A stretch of DNA of 20,000 bases, from assembly GCA_013115125.1 (NCBI GenBank), contig JABANN010000097.1, forward strand, positions 54,957-74,956. Reading direction: 5' to 3'. A program made the translations under genes and the position numbers. The notes below the pieces were generated by a model. The model was not told where the DNA came from and made no database searches. It saw only the letters and a program-made list of their open reading frames with translations. Positions 1 through 9,875 of the stretch are shown piece after piece. The first letter of the stretch is position 1, and the number at the start of each line of letters is the position of its first letter. The DNA comes from Perkinsus olseni. Taxonomy: Eukaryota.

Positions 1-1416
1 AGGTAAAAGCAGACAACACCCGAATGTCTTCGAGTTGGATGATAAAACTACCCCTCGACCTCCACACTGCCAATGCAACTAGTACTACCTGTTCCAGTGC
101 CTCGAGGGTTGTGGGAGAGCATCGCTCCGTCAAGAGAACCTCCTTGACGTGAGACAAGCCTATCAGTCCCTGTACTACACGCTGGGCTCCAACATCAGTG
201 AAGAAATTACCACTCAGGTTGTACCTGAGATAGCACATGATGAAGACCCAGAGCCATTGCTGGCAGCAGCCGCCTACCGCTCAATCGTAAGGCACCCACG
301 AAAGGCTTTAGTAAGCTCCCTCAGCACCTCCTCCTTCTCATGGATTTTGTTGTCGGCGACATTGATAACCTAAGTATCCATACAACGCGGTGACTGTTGA
401 ATCGTTGCGCTCTCACCTTGAGCTTCTTAGCGCCACGAGCCCCTCTAGACAGGAGTTCCACCAGCCCCCCAGCCTCAAGATGATTGCCTCGAAGATTGAG
501 GTCCTCGATTATGCTGAACACGGGAGAGGTCATATTCTGCACGGCTGTAGGCTACTCACCAGTGCACATAAATCAGAATGAGAGAGAGGTGTTGGGCTCC
601 CTCCGGCCCTATGCCACAGTACTGCAAGCTGAGCCCCCGTAGGGATCCATTCTGGCACAACCCTGAGGTAACCATAGTGAGGCAGAGAGAACGAAGCCTC
701 GGCAAGACCTTCAGCCAAGGCCTCGAGCCCGGCGTTGCCGAATTTATTGTGATCTAGTCTGAGTAGTGATATCAACTTATACCCATTCAAGCTAAGCGTT
801 CTGCCCAGTATAGCACACCCTAGACCTGAGAGAAGGGCCCCTCGACAGCAGTAGGAAAGGCGGCAAAATCAGCGTATTACTCGTTACGCCACCATCGGTG
901 ATCTGCAGGTCCTCCACAAGACAGCCACCGAACTGCAAGAGAATGTAGCAAGAAATCCTGAGCAATGGGCCGCTTACCTGGGGGCTGGTCGGCATCTCCA
1001 GGTAGTTGCAGACACTCCGTACGCCCTCATCACTCATCTCGCACTTCCATAACCTCAAAGCCTTGAACTTGTTGTAGTTGGACTGCCGCAATGCCTGAAG
1101 GATCCGAAGGTGATGGTGACAATGTCCACCTCAGATGTTACCTCGCACGCGATCCTAAAGGCCATGATATCCTGCGGGCCATTGAAGTTCCAAGCCGGAA
1201 GCTCCTCCCTACACGGAACGGCGTACAGAGTGGAATCACTGGAGGTCAGTACCCCTCCTCAACTATGGTGTTCATGATGCCCTCCAATTGAGCCAACTTG
1301 GGCACTTCATAATCTTTCTGCAACTTCCTCAACTTCTTGACGAACTCCTCGAAGAGATCTACTTCGTCTTCTCCTCCCCCGCCTTTCTTGGGCGCTGCCT
1401 TCTTCTTCGGACCCAT
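1..1416 (-). CDS. Leucine-rich repeat (RNI-like) protein, multi-exon, 3' end probably beyond the left edge
   Basis: ATG at 1416 (MGPKKKAAPKKGGGGEDEVDLF). Joining exons across short GT-AG introns gives successive LRR units: FKALRLWKCEMSDEG, LLRLDHNKFGNAGLEALAEG, LRGLSLQYCGIGPEGA, IEDLNLRGNHLEAGG, VINVADNKI, YNLSGNFFTDVGA. The last clear exon ends at 89. Confidence 0.8.
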
Positions 1417-1592
1417 AGAAAACACTGAATGCCCAACCATCAGCCCCGATCATTGACAAGCGTAAGACCACAATGAGAGGAAACGAATATAAGTAACAGG
1501 TGTAGTACGGGTAGTAGTAGGCCGAAACGGGAAAGCTACTGCTGCTGCTGCTTCTGGTGTTCTTGTCGAGGGATGGTACGGCTAATGATAAA

Positions 1593-3040
1593 TTAAGAAC
1601 TTGTCGGCTCCGGCTGGAAAGTATACATCGACGCTGTGCTCTGAGGATGCGGTAGTCACAAGTGTGAAGGATAAGTAACATTCGCATATGCCTTGCCTAC
1701 CGGGTCTGCTGACTCAGGCGAAAAACTGCTGCTACTGCTGGATGATGGCTCCGCCTCCGATTGTTCTTTGTGTGTCCGACCCCAGAGCCCGCCGAGACCG
1801 GAAAGCACCGAGCCGTCCTTAGCCGCCGCCTCGGCCGTCTTCTTCGCCTGAAACTAACGCGTCCGGCAACAACAGCAGAGCAATAGCTCCCTGATGATAC
1901 CGCTGCGTGCTTCTCTTGATAATCCTGTACTAACTTTTCCTGCTGCATTTGCATCAGTGCTTGTTCCCTACCATAACATACTCACATCCTACTTCTCCGC
2001 CCCCAACAACACCGCCAGCACTACCTTGGTGTCTGTGATGAGCTCTTCATCAATAGTGCTGATACTCCTTCAATGATGGCCAATAGTATGCCTCCCACTA
2101 CAGCATTCTTGCTTGCAGTCTTCCATCCTCCTCTTGCTGCCAATACACCTACAGAACACAACCATCCACAACGTGCAACAAAAACACCTGGTCAGTAGTC
2201 GCATTGCAGCCAAGGGAAAAGGCGTTCTCTCATTCAACTCATCATCCTCACGGGGGCCCTTCGAAGCCAGGAGGCTTCCAAAAGTTTTATAGCGGGAGCT
2301 CATTCGCTGTCTAGCTGTACAGGGGCCCCTTGCAGTATACTGATGGGTGTTATAGGCGTCAGCAGCAGGACCAAGGTGAGGCCGCAAGAAGATTCATGCA
2401 GAAGACCATGTACCAGAAGGAGCGGCATTGATCACTGGACTCTTCGGACGATGATCAGGGTCCGAATTGTGGAATGCAAAGTCTGTGTGCTGACCATCTA
2501 CCACCCGGAGGGGGGACCAAACCTCCAATGAGACGCCGCCGATACCTCCACCCGTACTCCTCCCCTTTGCACTCACCGCCAGTAAGGAATCCGGATGCAA
2601 TAGCATTCCAATGATCATCTCTCTGACGTATGTACCTACAGCAATGAGTGGGAGGAGGCCGAGGAGAGGACGGGTGCAGGACTACTGTAGACTGCAATCG
2701 AATGCCGAGAAGGTCCCTCCCCACACAGCGAAACTGCTGCCGAGAATCGGTGCCCGTGTCTTTGCCGAGTACAACGCACCTGAGGGTAGAATCATCATTC
2801 CGACGTGGCAGGCCTCAGCAGTGTTACCATGCAAACGCTCCCCTCGAGGAGAATTCCGGGCTCCCTTCACGAAGTGCCATAGGAAGCCACCAACACAGCC
2901 CATACCAAAGGCACCACCTGAGCGTCAAAAATACTTCCAGCTAACCGCGGCTACTGGCGAATACCTAAATCCTCAACTATCCTATCCGGGCAAGGCTCTC
3001 TCGCTGCGTCACGATCTGAGTCACGAACTTCGCGAGTCAT
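1593..3040 (-). CDS. TIM17: Mitochondrial inner membrane translocase subunit Tim17, about 8 exons
   Basis: Spliced translation: MTREVRDSDRDAAREPCPDRIVEDLG|GAFGMGCVGGFLWHFVKGARNSPRGERLHG|ALYSAKTRAPILGSSFAVWGGTFSAFDCSLQ|YIRQRDDHWNAIASGFLTGG|VLAARGGWKTASKNAVVGGILLAIIEGV. These are hallmark Tim17 motifs (REPCP, GGAF-x-MG, FAVWGG-x-FS-x-FDC, WN-x-I-x-SGF-x-TGG, IEG). The C-terminal exons and the stop at 1593 are less certain. Confidence 0.93.
2190..2247 (-). ncRNA. Candidate intronic box C/D snoRNA-like element
   Basis: Lies in the 428-nt TIM17 intron, same sense. Box C ATGATGA (2245-2239), box D CTGA (2195-2192), and internal TTCCCTTGGCTG (2218-2207) complementary to the conserved LSU rRNA sequence CAGCCAAGGGAA. 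The element is short, and the guide-to-D-box spacing is non-canonical. Confidence 0.3.
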
Positions 3041-3140
3041 ATGATAAGAAGGAGGGGCAGAAACAACACCAGCGTTGATGAAAAACTGCGATGCACCCCA
3101 TGACAGGAATCAAATCTCAAAAACACAACCCTTTCGGTAG

Positions 3141-4315
3141 TTACAACATTGGTTGCACAGGAACATGAAAACACACGCGATGAACTACACATCCAGCGCT
3201 ACAGCCGCCGGGGGTAAGCGCTCGCTACTCACTGATCTCGAGCCCTCCCTCACCTGAAACGGCATCGAGCCGGTACAGATTTCGAAGTACTTAGTACCTT
3301 CTCTTCCCCAAATCTGTTATCATCCACAGCGGCATTACTCTTATCTTTCAACAAAGGAGCTCCTTCCGACAAGTCCTCACTGCTCTCCGACACGTACCCT
3401 GTGCGAAGAATCGAAGCCATGCTCAACGTGTCGCTGCTGAGTGCAGTACCCGATTCGGCTGTTTTCGAAGATACCCGAAAGGCATGCTGGTTGATGAGTA
3501 TCCATAATGCAAGATGCGCGCATAGCGCGGCTCCAAGCCCTCCAAACAGAGCTTTCACCCATACCTATGGCAACGACTTGGGACCAAGGATGAGACGGAC
3601 AGACTGACGAGTGTTTTCCTGTGCCACACAGCACCACCACCAGCTCTAGCCTCAGCGACACCCAAGACGATCGAGATCGGAACGGCTAGGAACTGAAAAA
3701 CGAGACTGCCGGGAGCTGCGAGATGGGTTCCTACAACAGCGAAGGCTAGCCCCACGACGAACCCCGCTCGGAGTTGGTGTAGAAGTGCTACGCCTGAGAC
3801 CGAGAGGCTGCAGCACTCACCATACCGCGATGCAGACTACCGCGGGCAACTCTATCATGCGGGTCCGATACGAATAGAGGACGGTGAGTGAACCATCTTG
3901 GCATGCTCATGGGAAACTTCGGGAAAGACGACGGTTTAATCCTTATTGGCGACCTGAGCGACGTTCGTGAAGGATCGAAAGAATATAAGATACCACCCGA
4001 TAACAAGATCCCTCATGGCCAGGGATGGTGAAATAACCCAAGTGACTATACAGGTAACAATGGCAGTGATTATGAGATCGCCCCCTAGAGTGTTGGGGAA
4101 CGACCAGACTCCTGAAAGGATCCTGTTTGCCAATGCTGAGGTTAGTAATGAGCCGTACTCGTAGCCGCTGCTTTCTTCTCGCTGTACATCGCCAAGGCAA
4201 GCAGCGCATTAACAGTACCCGAAATGGCCGTCGTAATGAGTAGCGTTATCAACTGAGACCAGGACGGCATCAAAGGTGATGGCGACCCCTCTATCATACA
4301 AGATACAACCTCCAT
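3141..4315 (-). CDS. Multi-pass membrane protein, DUF2456-like, spliced
   Basis: Hydrophobic exons LITLLITTAISGTVNALLALAMY, GVWSFPNTLGGDLIITAIVTCIVTWVI, LVFQFLAVPISIVLGV and KALFGGLGAALCAHLALWILI. The W-x-FPNTL-x-GD motif recalls fungal DUF2456 proteins (from memory, not searched). Start (4315 or 4297) and stop (3250 unspliced or 3141 spliced) are uncertain. Confidence 0.6.
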
Positions 4316-4841
4316 GACAAGGCAACAGCCTGTCCAACATCCTTTGACGGGGGCATGTTCGTGGTACGCATAAGAGGCCTGTCTAGCTAGCGATAGTAAC
4401 GACAGAACTACACGAGAACAGAATGGACGACCACATCCCGACACCGGTATGGATACAAGGGGTTAACGTATGAAATGGTATCGGCATATAACCCATCACC
4501 CTTCGAAAGACCCTTACCTCTACTACACTGATATCCCTACTATTGCGAGCGAATGCACCCAAAGAAGACCCGCTCGCCTCTATAGTGCCTCAGTGATGGT
4601 CGCTAAAGCTACAACGACCCCGGAAATGGTCAAGGGCATTTCAGTCGGCCTCATGATAGCATCGACTTGGCCGACTGCTCCTCGGACTTGCGGAGAATCT
4701 TGGCATCTTGAAGTCTTGAAATTCCACCACTTAACCGATCTACTTTCGGAAATGAAGCGTCTCCTTCAATCAAGATGGGTTTAGTGAGGAGTTTCGTCTC
4801 TTCAGCGCCGAGCATTGGTCAGCTTTACACCTCTCTCTGAC

Positions 4842-6182
4842 ATGTCTTCCAAGATCGTCTCCCTTCGCGCCCGCGAAATCATCGACTCGCGTGGTAACCC
4901 CACTGTCGAGGTCGATCTCACCACTGATAGGGGCATGTTCCGTGCAGCAGTGCCCTCTGGGGCGTCGACTGGAGTCTACGAGGCCCTCGAGCTGAGGGAC
5001 GGTGATAAGGCCAGGTATCTCGGTAAAGGTGTCCAGAAGGCGATCAAGAATGTCAATGATATCATAGCCCCTGCCCTCGCCGGTAAGGACGTCACCGACC
5101 AGGCCGGTCTCGACAAGCTGATGGTTGAGGAGCTGGACGGCACTCAGAACGAGTGGGGCTGGTGCAAGGCTAAGCTTGGTGCCAACGCCATCCTTGCTGT
5201 CTCCATGGCCATCTGCCGTGCCGGTGCCGCAGCCAAGAACATGCCCTTGTACAAGCACATTGCCGATATCGCTGGGAAGCGCTCTGATCAGTTCACGATG
5301 CCAGTCCCTTCCTTCAACGTCATTAACGGTGGATCACATGCAGGCAACCGCCTTGCTTGCCAAGAGTTCATGATCCTCCCTGTCGGTGCTACATCTTTCA
5401 AGCACGCTATGCAGATCGGCGCCGAAGTCTATCATAGCCTCAAGAAGGTCATCAAAGCCAAGTATGGTCAGGACGCTACCAACGTTGGTGATGAGGGTGG
5501 ATTTGCCGTTCCGGTACAAGATAACAACGAGGCTTTGGATGTCCTCATGGCGGCTATTAGAGATGCTGGTCACGAGGATACCGTCAAGTTGGGAACCGAT
5601 GTGGCAGCCTCGGAGTTCTATGATGTCGCCGAGAACGGAAAGTACGATCTAGACTTCAAGAATCCGAACAAGGACAGTAGTCAGCAGAAGACAGCCACTG
5701 AGATGATCGAGTATTACAAGAATTGGTTCAACTCTTATCCCTTCGTGTCAATCGAGGACCCATTCGATCAGGATGACTGGTCGGCTTACGCCAAGTTCGA
5801 AGCCGAATGCGGCAGCCAAGTTCAGATAGTCGGTGATGATTTGCTGGTGACCAACCCTAAGCGCGTCAAGAAAGCCATTGACGAGAAGGCCTGTAACGCA
5901 CTCCTCTTGAAGGTGAATCAGATCGGCTCGGTTACAGAGGCTATCGAGGCTAGCAACATGGCCGCGGCTCAAGGCTGGGGTGTGATGGTGTCTCATCGTT
6001 CCGGGGAGACTGAGGACACCTTCATCGCCGATCTGGTGGTGGGATTGGGAACTGGTGAGATCAAGACTGGTGCTCCCTGCCGTTCCGAGAGACTGGCCAA
6101 GTACAATCAGCTGATGCGTATCGAGGAAGAGCTTGGTGCAGCTGCTGCGTATGCTGGTAAAAACTTCCGCAATGCCCAGTAG
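4842..6182 (+). CDS. ENO: Enolase, copy 1 (446 aa, intronless)
   Basis: Starts [86 protein letters not shown] and [10 protein letters not shown] are all intact, and the EWGWC insertion is present. The ORF-track start at 4815 is TTG; the first ATG is 4842. Confidence 0.98.
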   Translation: MSSKIVSLRAREIIDSRGNPTVEVDLTTDRGMFRAAVPSGASTGVYEALELRDGDKARYLGKGVQKAIKNVNDIIAPALAGKDVTDQAGLDKLMVEELDGTQNEWGWCKAKLGANAILAVSMAICRAGAAAKNMPLYKHIADIAGKRSDQFTMPVPSFNVINGGSHAGNRLACQEFMILPVGATSFKHAMQIGAEVYHSLKKVIKAKYGQDATNVGDEGGFAVPVQDNNEALDVLMAAIRDAGHEDTVKLGTDVAASEFYDVAENGKYDLDFKNPNKDSSQQKTATEMIEYYKNWFNSYPFVSIEDPFDQDDWSAYAKFEAECGSQVQIVGDDLLVTNPKRVKKAIDEKACNALLLKVNQIGSVTEAIEASNMAAAQGWGVMVSHRSGETEDTFIADLVVGLGTGEIKTGAPCRSERLAKYNQLMRIEEELGAAAAYAGKNFRNAQ

Positions 6183-6622
6183 GTGGCGATGGCGAACATG
6201 TTTTCGTAACTCAATGATCCATGACGATTCTTTCATAACTCATGATTTGATATGTGAATATAGAAATGTGTTGATGACCGAGTAAACTTTCGAGTCGTAG
6301 TTTCGTCAATTCACCGGGATCAGAACGTGGCCGTTATACAGAACCTAGCCCGCCTGCATGCGGGACCGCGACTTCGACTAACAAGAGATGACGTTTTTCT
6401 CCGCTACTTGTAGAGCTCGGTATTCGTCCATCGATGTTGGAGGCCGGCTGATGGAAGTAACCTTGGCGTAAGTGGTCTACCGTCTCCTCGTTCAGGGGGA
6501 CATCTTGTGTGCTCTCAAGCAGACATGACTGGATCATGCGCGATGTCTTCCTAAGTGTGTCAGCTATGTATTAGCTGTAGCCTGCGAAGCTGCTTCGATC
6601 AAGTTCACCAACGAACTTAAAG

Positions 6623-6643
6623 TTCATTCATTCTTCTTTACAG
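6623..6643 (+). promoter_or_regulatory. Polypyrimidine tract plus CAG splice acceptor (trans-splice site or 5' UTR intron) just before the enolase 2 ATG
   Basis: TTCATTCATTCTTCTTTACAG ends at 6643; one T separates it from the ATG at 6645. Confidence 0.5.
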
Positions 6644-6644
6644 T

Positions 6645-8021
6645 ATGGCCACTACTATCACTGCTATCAAGGCTCGCGAGATCCTCGATTCTCGTGGCAA
6701 CCCCACTGTTGAGGTCGACCTCTTCACCAACAACAAGGGTATGTTCCGCGCTGCCTGCCCCTCCGGTGCCTCCACCGGTGAGTTCGAGGCTGTCGAGCTT
6801 CGTGATGGTGACAAGACCCGTTATCAGGGTAAGGGTGTCCTCAAGGCCGTCGCCAACGTTGAGAAGATCATCGCCCCCGCTCTCATCGGCAAGGACGTTA
6901 CCGACCAGTCCGGTATCGATAAGTTGATGGTTGAGGAGTTGGACGGTACTCAGAACGAGTGGGGCTGGTGCAAGGCCAAGCTCGGTGCCAACGCCATCCT
7001 TTCCGTCTCCATGGCCGTCTGCCGTGCCGGTGCCGCCGCCTCTGGCATGCCCCTCTACAAGTACATCGCCAAGCTCGCTGGCAAGGACACTGAGAAGTTC
7101 ACCATGCCCTGCCCCTGCTTCAACGTCATCAACGGTGGCAAGCACGCTGGTAACCGTCTCGCTTGCCAGGAGTTCATGCTCGTCCCCTGCGGTGCCAAGT
7201 CCATTCACGAGGCCATCAGGATCGCCTCTGAGGTCTACCACGAGCTCAAGTCCGTGATCAAGGCCAAGTACGGTCAGGACGCCACCAACGTCGGTGATGA
7301 GGGTGGATTCGCCCCCAACATCCAGGATATGGATGAGGCTCTTTCCGTCCTCCTCGAGGCCATCAAGAAGTCTGGTCATGAGGATACCTGCCGTATCGGT
7401 TGCGATTTCGCCGCCTCTGAGATCTATGACGCCAAGACCGGCAAGTACGACCTTGACTTCAAGAACTCCGAGCCCCACGCTGAGGCTGAGATGACTGGTG
7501 ATGAGTTCATCAAGTACCAGGAGGATCTCATGAACAAGTATCCTTTCGTCTTTATTGAGGATCCCTTCGATGAGAATGACTGGTCCACCTTCGCCAAGTT
7601 CACCGCCAAGGACGGTAAGGAGATCCAGATCGTCGGTGATGATCTTCTTGTTACCAACCCCAAGCGTATCCAGAAGGGTATCGAGGAGAAGGCCGTGAAC
7701 GCCCTCCTTCTCAAGGTCAACCAGATCGGTTCCGTCACCGAGTCCATCGAGGCCAACAACAAGGCCGTCGACGCCGGCTGGACCGTCATGGTTTCTCATC
7801 GTTCCGGTGAGACCGAGGATACCTTCATCGCTGATATCGTTGTCGGCCTCGGCACTGGCCAGATCAAGACTGGTGCTCCCTGCCGTACTGAGCGTCTCTG
7901 CAAGTACAACCAGCTCATGCGCATTGAGGAGGAGCTCGGTGATAAGGCCACCTACGCCGCCGGCAAGAACTTCCCCCGCTGCCAGAAGGGTTCCTGCGGT
8001 GCCTGCAAGTGCTCTCAGTAA
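6645..8021 (+). CDS. ENO: Enolase, copy 2 (458 aa, intronless, Cys-rich C-terminal tail)
   Basis: Complete enolase motif set, EWGWC insertion and strong C/T-ending codon bias. Ends [16 protein letters not shown]. Confidence 0.98.
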   Translation: MATTITAIKAREILDSRGNPTVEVDLFTNNKGMFRAACPSGASTGEFEAVELRDGDKTRYQGKGVLKAVANVEKIIAPALIGKDVTDQSGIDKLMVEELDGTQNEWGWCKAKLGANAILSVSMAVCRAGAAASGMPLYKYIAKLAGKDTEKFTMPCPCFNVINGGKHAGNRLACQEFMLVPCGAKSIHEAIRIASEVYHELKSVIKAKYGQDATNVGDEGGFAPNIQDMDEALSVLLEAIKKSGHEDTCRIGCDFAASEIYDAKTGKYDLDFKNSEPHAEAEMTGDEFIKYQEDLMNKYPFVFIEDPFDENDWSTFAKFTAKDGKEIQIVGDDLLVTNPKRIQKGIEEKAVNALLLKVNQIGSVTESIEANNKAVDAGWTVMVSHRSGETEDTFIADIVVGLGTGQIKTGAPCRTERLCKYNQLMRIEEELGDKATYAAGKNFPRCQKGSCGACKCSQ

Positions 8022-8280
8022 GTACTAACTAGTAGTATTTTTTGGGTGTATCCCTTTGGTATATTCTTACCAGTAAGTTTAGTTCCTAACGAGTCTAGAG
8101 AAGTGTTTAGTTGTCATCATAATTGGGGGAGTCGGAGATTTGGTTCTGCGAAGCACGGGCATGCGTGCATTCATGTACACGCGTGCGGGGCGTTGGTCGC
8201 AGCTAAGCTTCGCACAGGGCCAAATTCGTTTGCTTCGGTACAACGTTTTGTTGGCAAGTTTGAACTCTTCGTCATCGAAC

Positions 8281-9618
8281 ATGTCCAAGATCATCTCTGT
8301 TAAGGCTCGCGAGATCCTCGACTCCCGTGGTAATCCTACCGTGGAGGTCGACCTTGTTACTGACAAAGGCATGTTCAGGGCTGCTTGCCCTTCCGGGGCT
8401 TCCACTGGCGAGTTCGAGGCACTTGAACTCCGTGATGGCGATAAGAAACGCTATGGTGGCAAGGGGGTCCAGAAAGCCGTAGCTAACGTGAACAAGGTCA
8501 TTGGTCCGGCAATCATTGGTAAGGACCCAACAGACCAGGCCGGTCTCGACAAGTTGATGGTTGAGGAGTTGGACGGCACTCAGAACGAGTGGGGCTGGTG
8601 CAAGGCCAAGCTCGGTGCCAACGCCATCCTCGGCGTTTCCATGGCCATCTGCCGTGCCGGTGCCGCCGCCTCTGGCATGCCCCTCTACAAGTACATCGCC
8701 AAGCTGGCCGGCAAGGACACTGAGAAGTTCACCATGCCCTGCCCCTGCTTCAACGTCATCAACGGTGGCAAGCACGCTGGTAACCGTCTTGCTTGCCAGG
8801 AGTTCATGCTCGTCCCCTGCGGTGCCAAGTCCATTCACGAGGCCATCAGATTCGCCGCTGAGGTCTATCATCAGCTCAAGTCTGTGATCAACGCCAAGTA
8901 CGGCCAGGACGCCACTAACGTCGGTGATGAGGGTGGATTCGCTCCTTCCATTCAGGATATGGATGAGGCTTTGAAGGTCCTGCAGGAGGCTATCAAGAAG
9001 TCCGGTCATGAGGATACGTGCCGCATTGGGTGCGATTTCGCCGCCTCTGAGTGCCTGGACAAGAAGAGTGGCAAGTACGATCTTGACTTCAAGAACAGCA
9101 AGCCGCATCCTGAGTCTGTCAAGACCGGCGACGAGATGGTCACGTACCTGGAAGAGCTGATCAACAAATACCCCTTCGTATTCCTTGAGGACCCCTTCGA
9201 CGAGAATGACTGGACAACTTTCAACAAGTTCACCGCTAAGGACGGCAACAGCATTCAGATCGTCGGTGATGATCTTCTTGTCACCAACCCCAAGCGTATC
9301 CAGAAGGGTATCGAGGAGAAGGCCTGCAACGCCCTCCTCCTTAAGGTCAACCAGATCGGTTCTGTCACCGAGTCCATCGAGGCCAATAACAAGGCCGTCG
9401 GCGCCGGCTGGACTGTCATGGTTTCTCATCGTTCCGGTGAGACCGAGGATACCTTTATCGCTGATCTCGTCGTGGGCCTCGGCACCGGCCAGATCAAGAC
9501 TGGTGCTCCCTGCCGTACCGAGAGGTTGTGCAAGTACAACCAGCTCATGCGTATTGAAGAAGAGCTTGGCCCCAAGGCTACCTTCGCCGGCGGGAAGAAC
9601 TTCCCTCGCTGCAAGTAG
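8281..9618 (+). CDS. ENO: Enolase, copy 3 (445 aa from the conserved Met; possible 40-aa N-terminal extension from ATG 8161)
   Basis: [24 protein letters not shown] begins at 8281, the complete enolase motif set is present, and it is closest to copy 2. TAG at 9616-9618. Confidence 0.97.
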   Translation: MSKIISVKAREILDSRGNPTVEVDLVTDKGMFRAACPSGASTGEFEALELRDGDKKRYGGKGVQKAVANVNKVIGPAIIGKDPTDQAGLDKLMVEELDGTQNEWGWCKAKLGANAILGVSMAICRAGAAASGMPLYKYIAKLAGKDTEKFTMPCPCFNVINGGKHAGNRLACQEFMLVPCGAKSIHEAIRFAAEVYHQLKSVINAKYGQDATNVGDEGGFAPSIQDMDEALKVLQEAIKKSGHEDTCRIGCDFAASECLDKKSGKYDLDFKNSKPHPESVKTGDEMVTYLEELINKYPFVFLEDPFDENDWTTFNKFTAKDGNSIQIVGDDLLVTNPKRIQKGIEEKACNALLLKVNQIGSVTESIEANNKAVGAGWTVMVSHRSGETEDTFIADLVVGLGTGQIKTGAPCRTERLCKYNQLMRIEEELGPKATFAGGKNFPRCK

Positions 9619-9875
9619 AGGGAACGTGAAGGTTCCATGAGCTTCCTGCTCCATAAAGGGCTAAGCACTCGATTATTAGGATTATTTATTGAGAATGTTA
9701 AGTTAGCGTATGTGAGGAAATGTGGTTGCTGAGCGTCTCGTTGCTCAAGAGTTATGACGAGTATCAGATTCGTCGATTGATTCTTCCTGTCCATAAGAGT
9801 GGCGTTGCGTTGGTAATGTCCATCGCTCCAGAACTTCAAACCAAACGCTATTTCAATAGAATGAGAGAGATAACC

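Noticed and set aside
1500..1555. Short GTA and CTG triplet runs, and the GGAGTA run near 19175-19192
   Set aside because: These are tiny simple repeats in UTR or intergenic sequence, with no array or spacer structure.
2440..2520. tRNA-like or TPP-riboswitch-like look of part of the TIM17 intron (GGTAGATGGTCAGCAC, CCTGATC...AATGCC)
   Set aside because: There is no T-arm GTTC motif or cloverleaf, and no CTGAGA pyrimidine-binding motif upstream.
4690..4715. Possible relict spliced-leader fragments upstream of enolase 1 (ATCTTGGC) and enolase 2 (TGTAGCC...TCAAG near 6576-6603)
   Set aside because: Matches are only 6-8 nt to the recalled Perkinsus leader sequence, which is within chance.
149..4784. 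Numerous short plus-strand ORFs in the ORF track
   Set aside because: They are antisense to well-supported spliced minus-strand genes or lie in the divergent spacer, and none has recognisable motifs.
6624..9654. Long antisense ORFs (391 aa at 6624-7799, 460 aa at 8272-9654, and the 162-aa ORFs over copy 1)
   Set aside because: They are codon-aligned shadows of the enolase genes. Strong codon bias avoids TTA, CTA and TCA, which removes antisense stops, and there are no independent protein features.
9616..9732. Stop-codon readthrough or spliced C-terminal extension of enolase 3
   Set aside because: The frame stays open for about 37 codons after TAG but shows no targeting signal or clear homology to the copy 2 tail.
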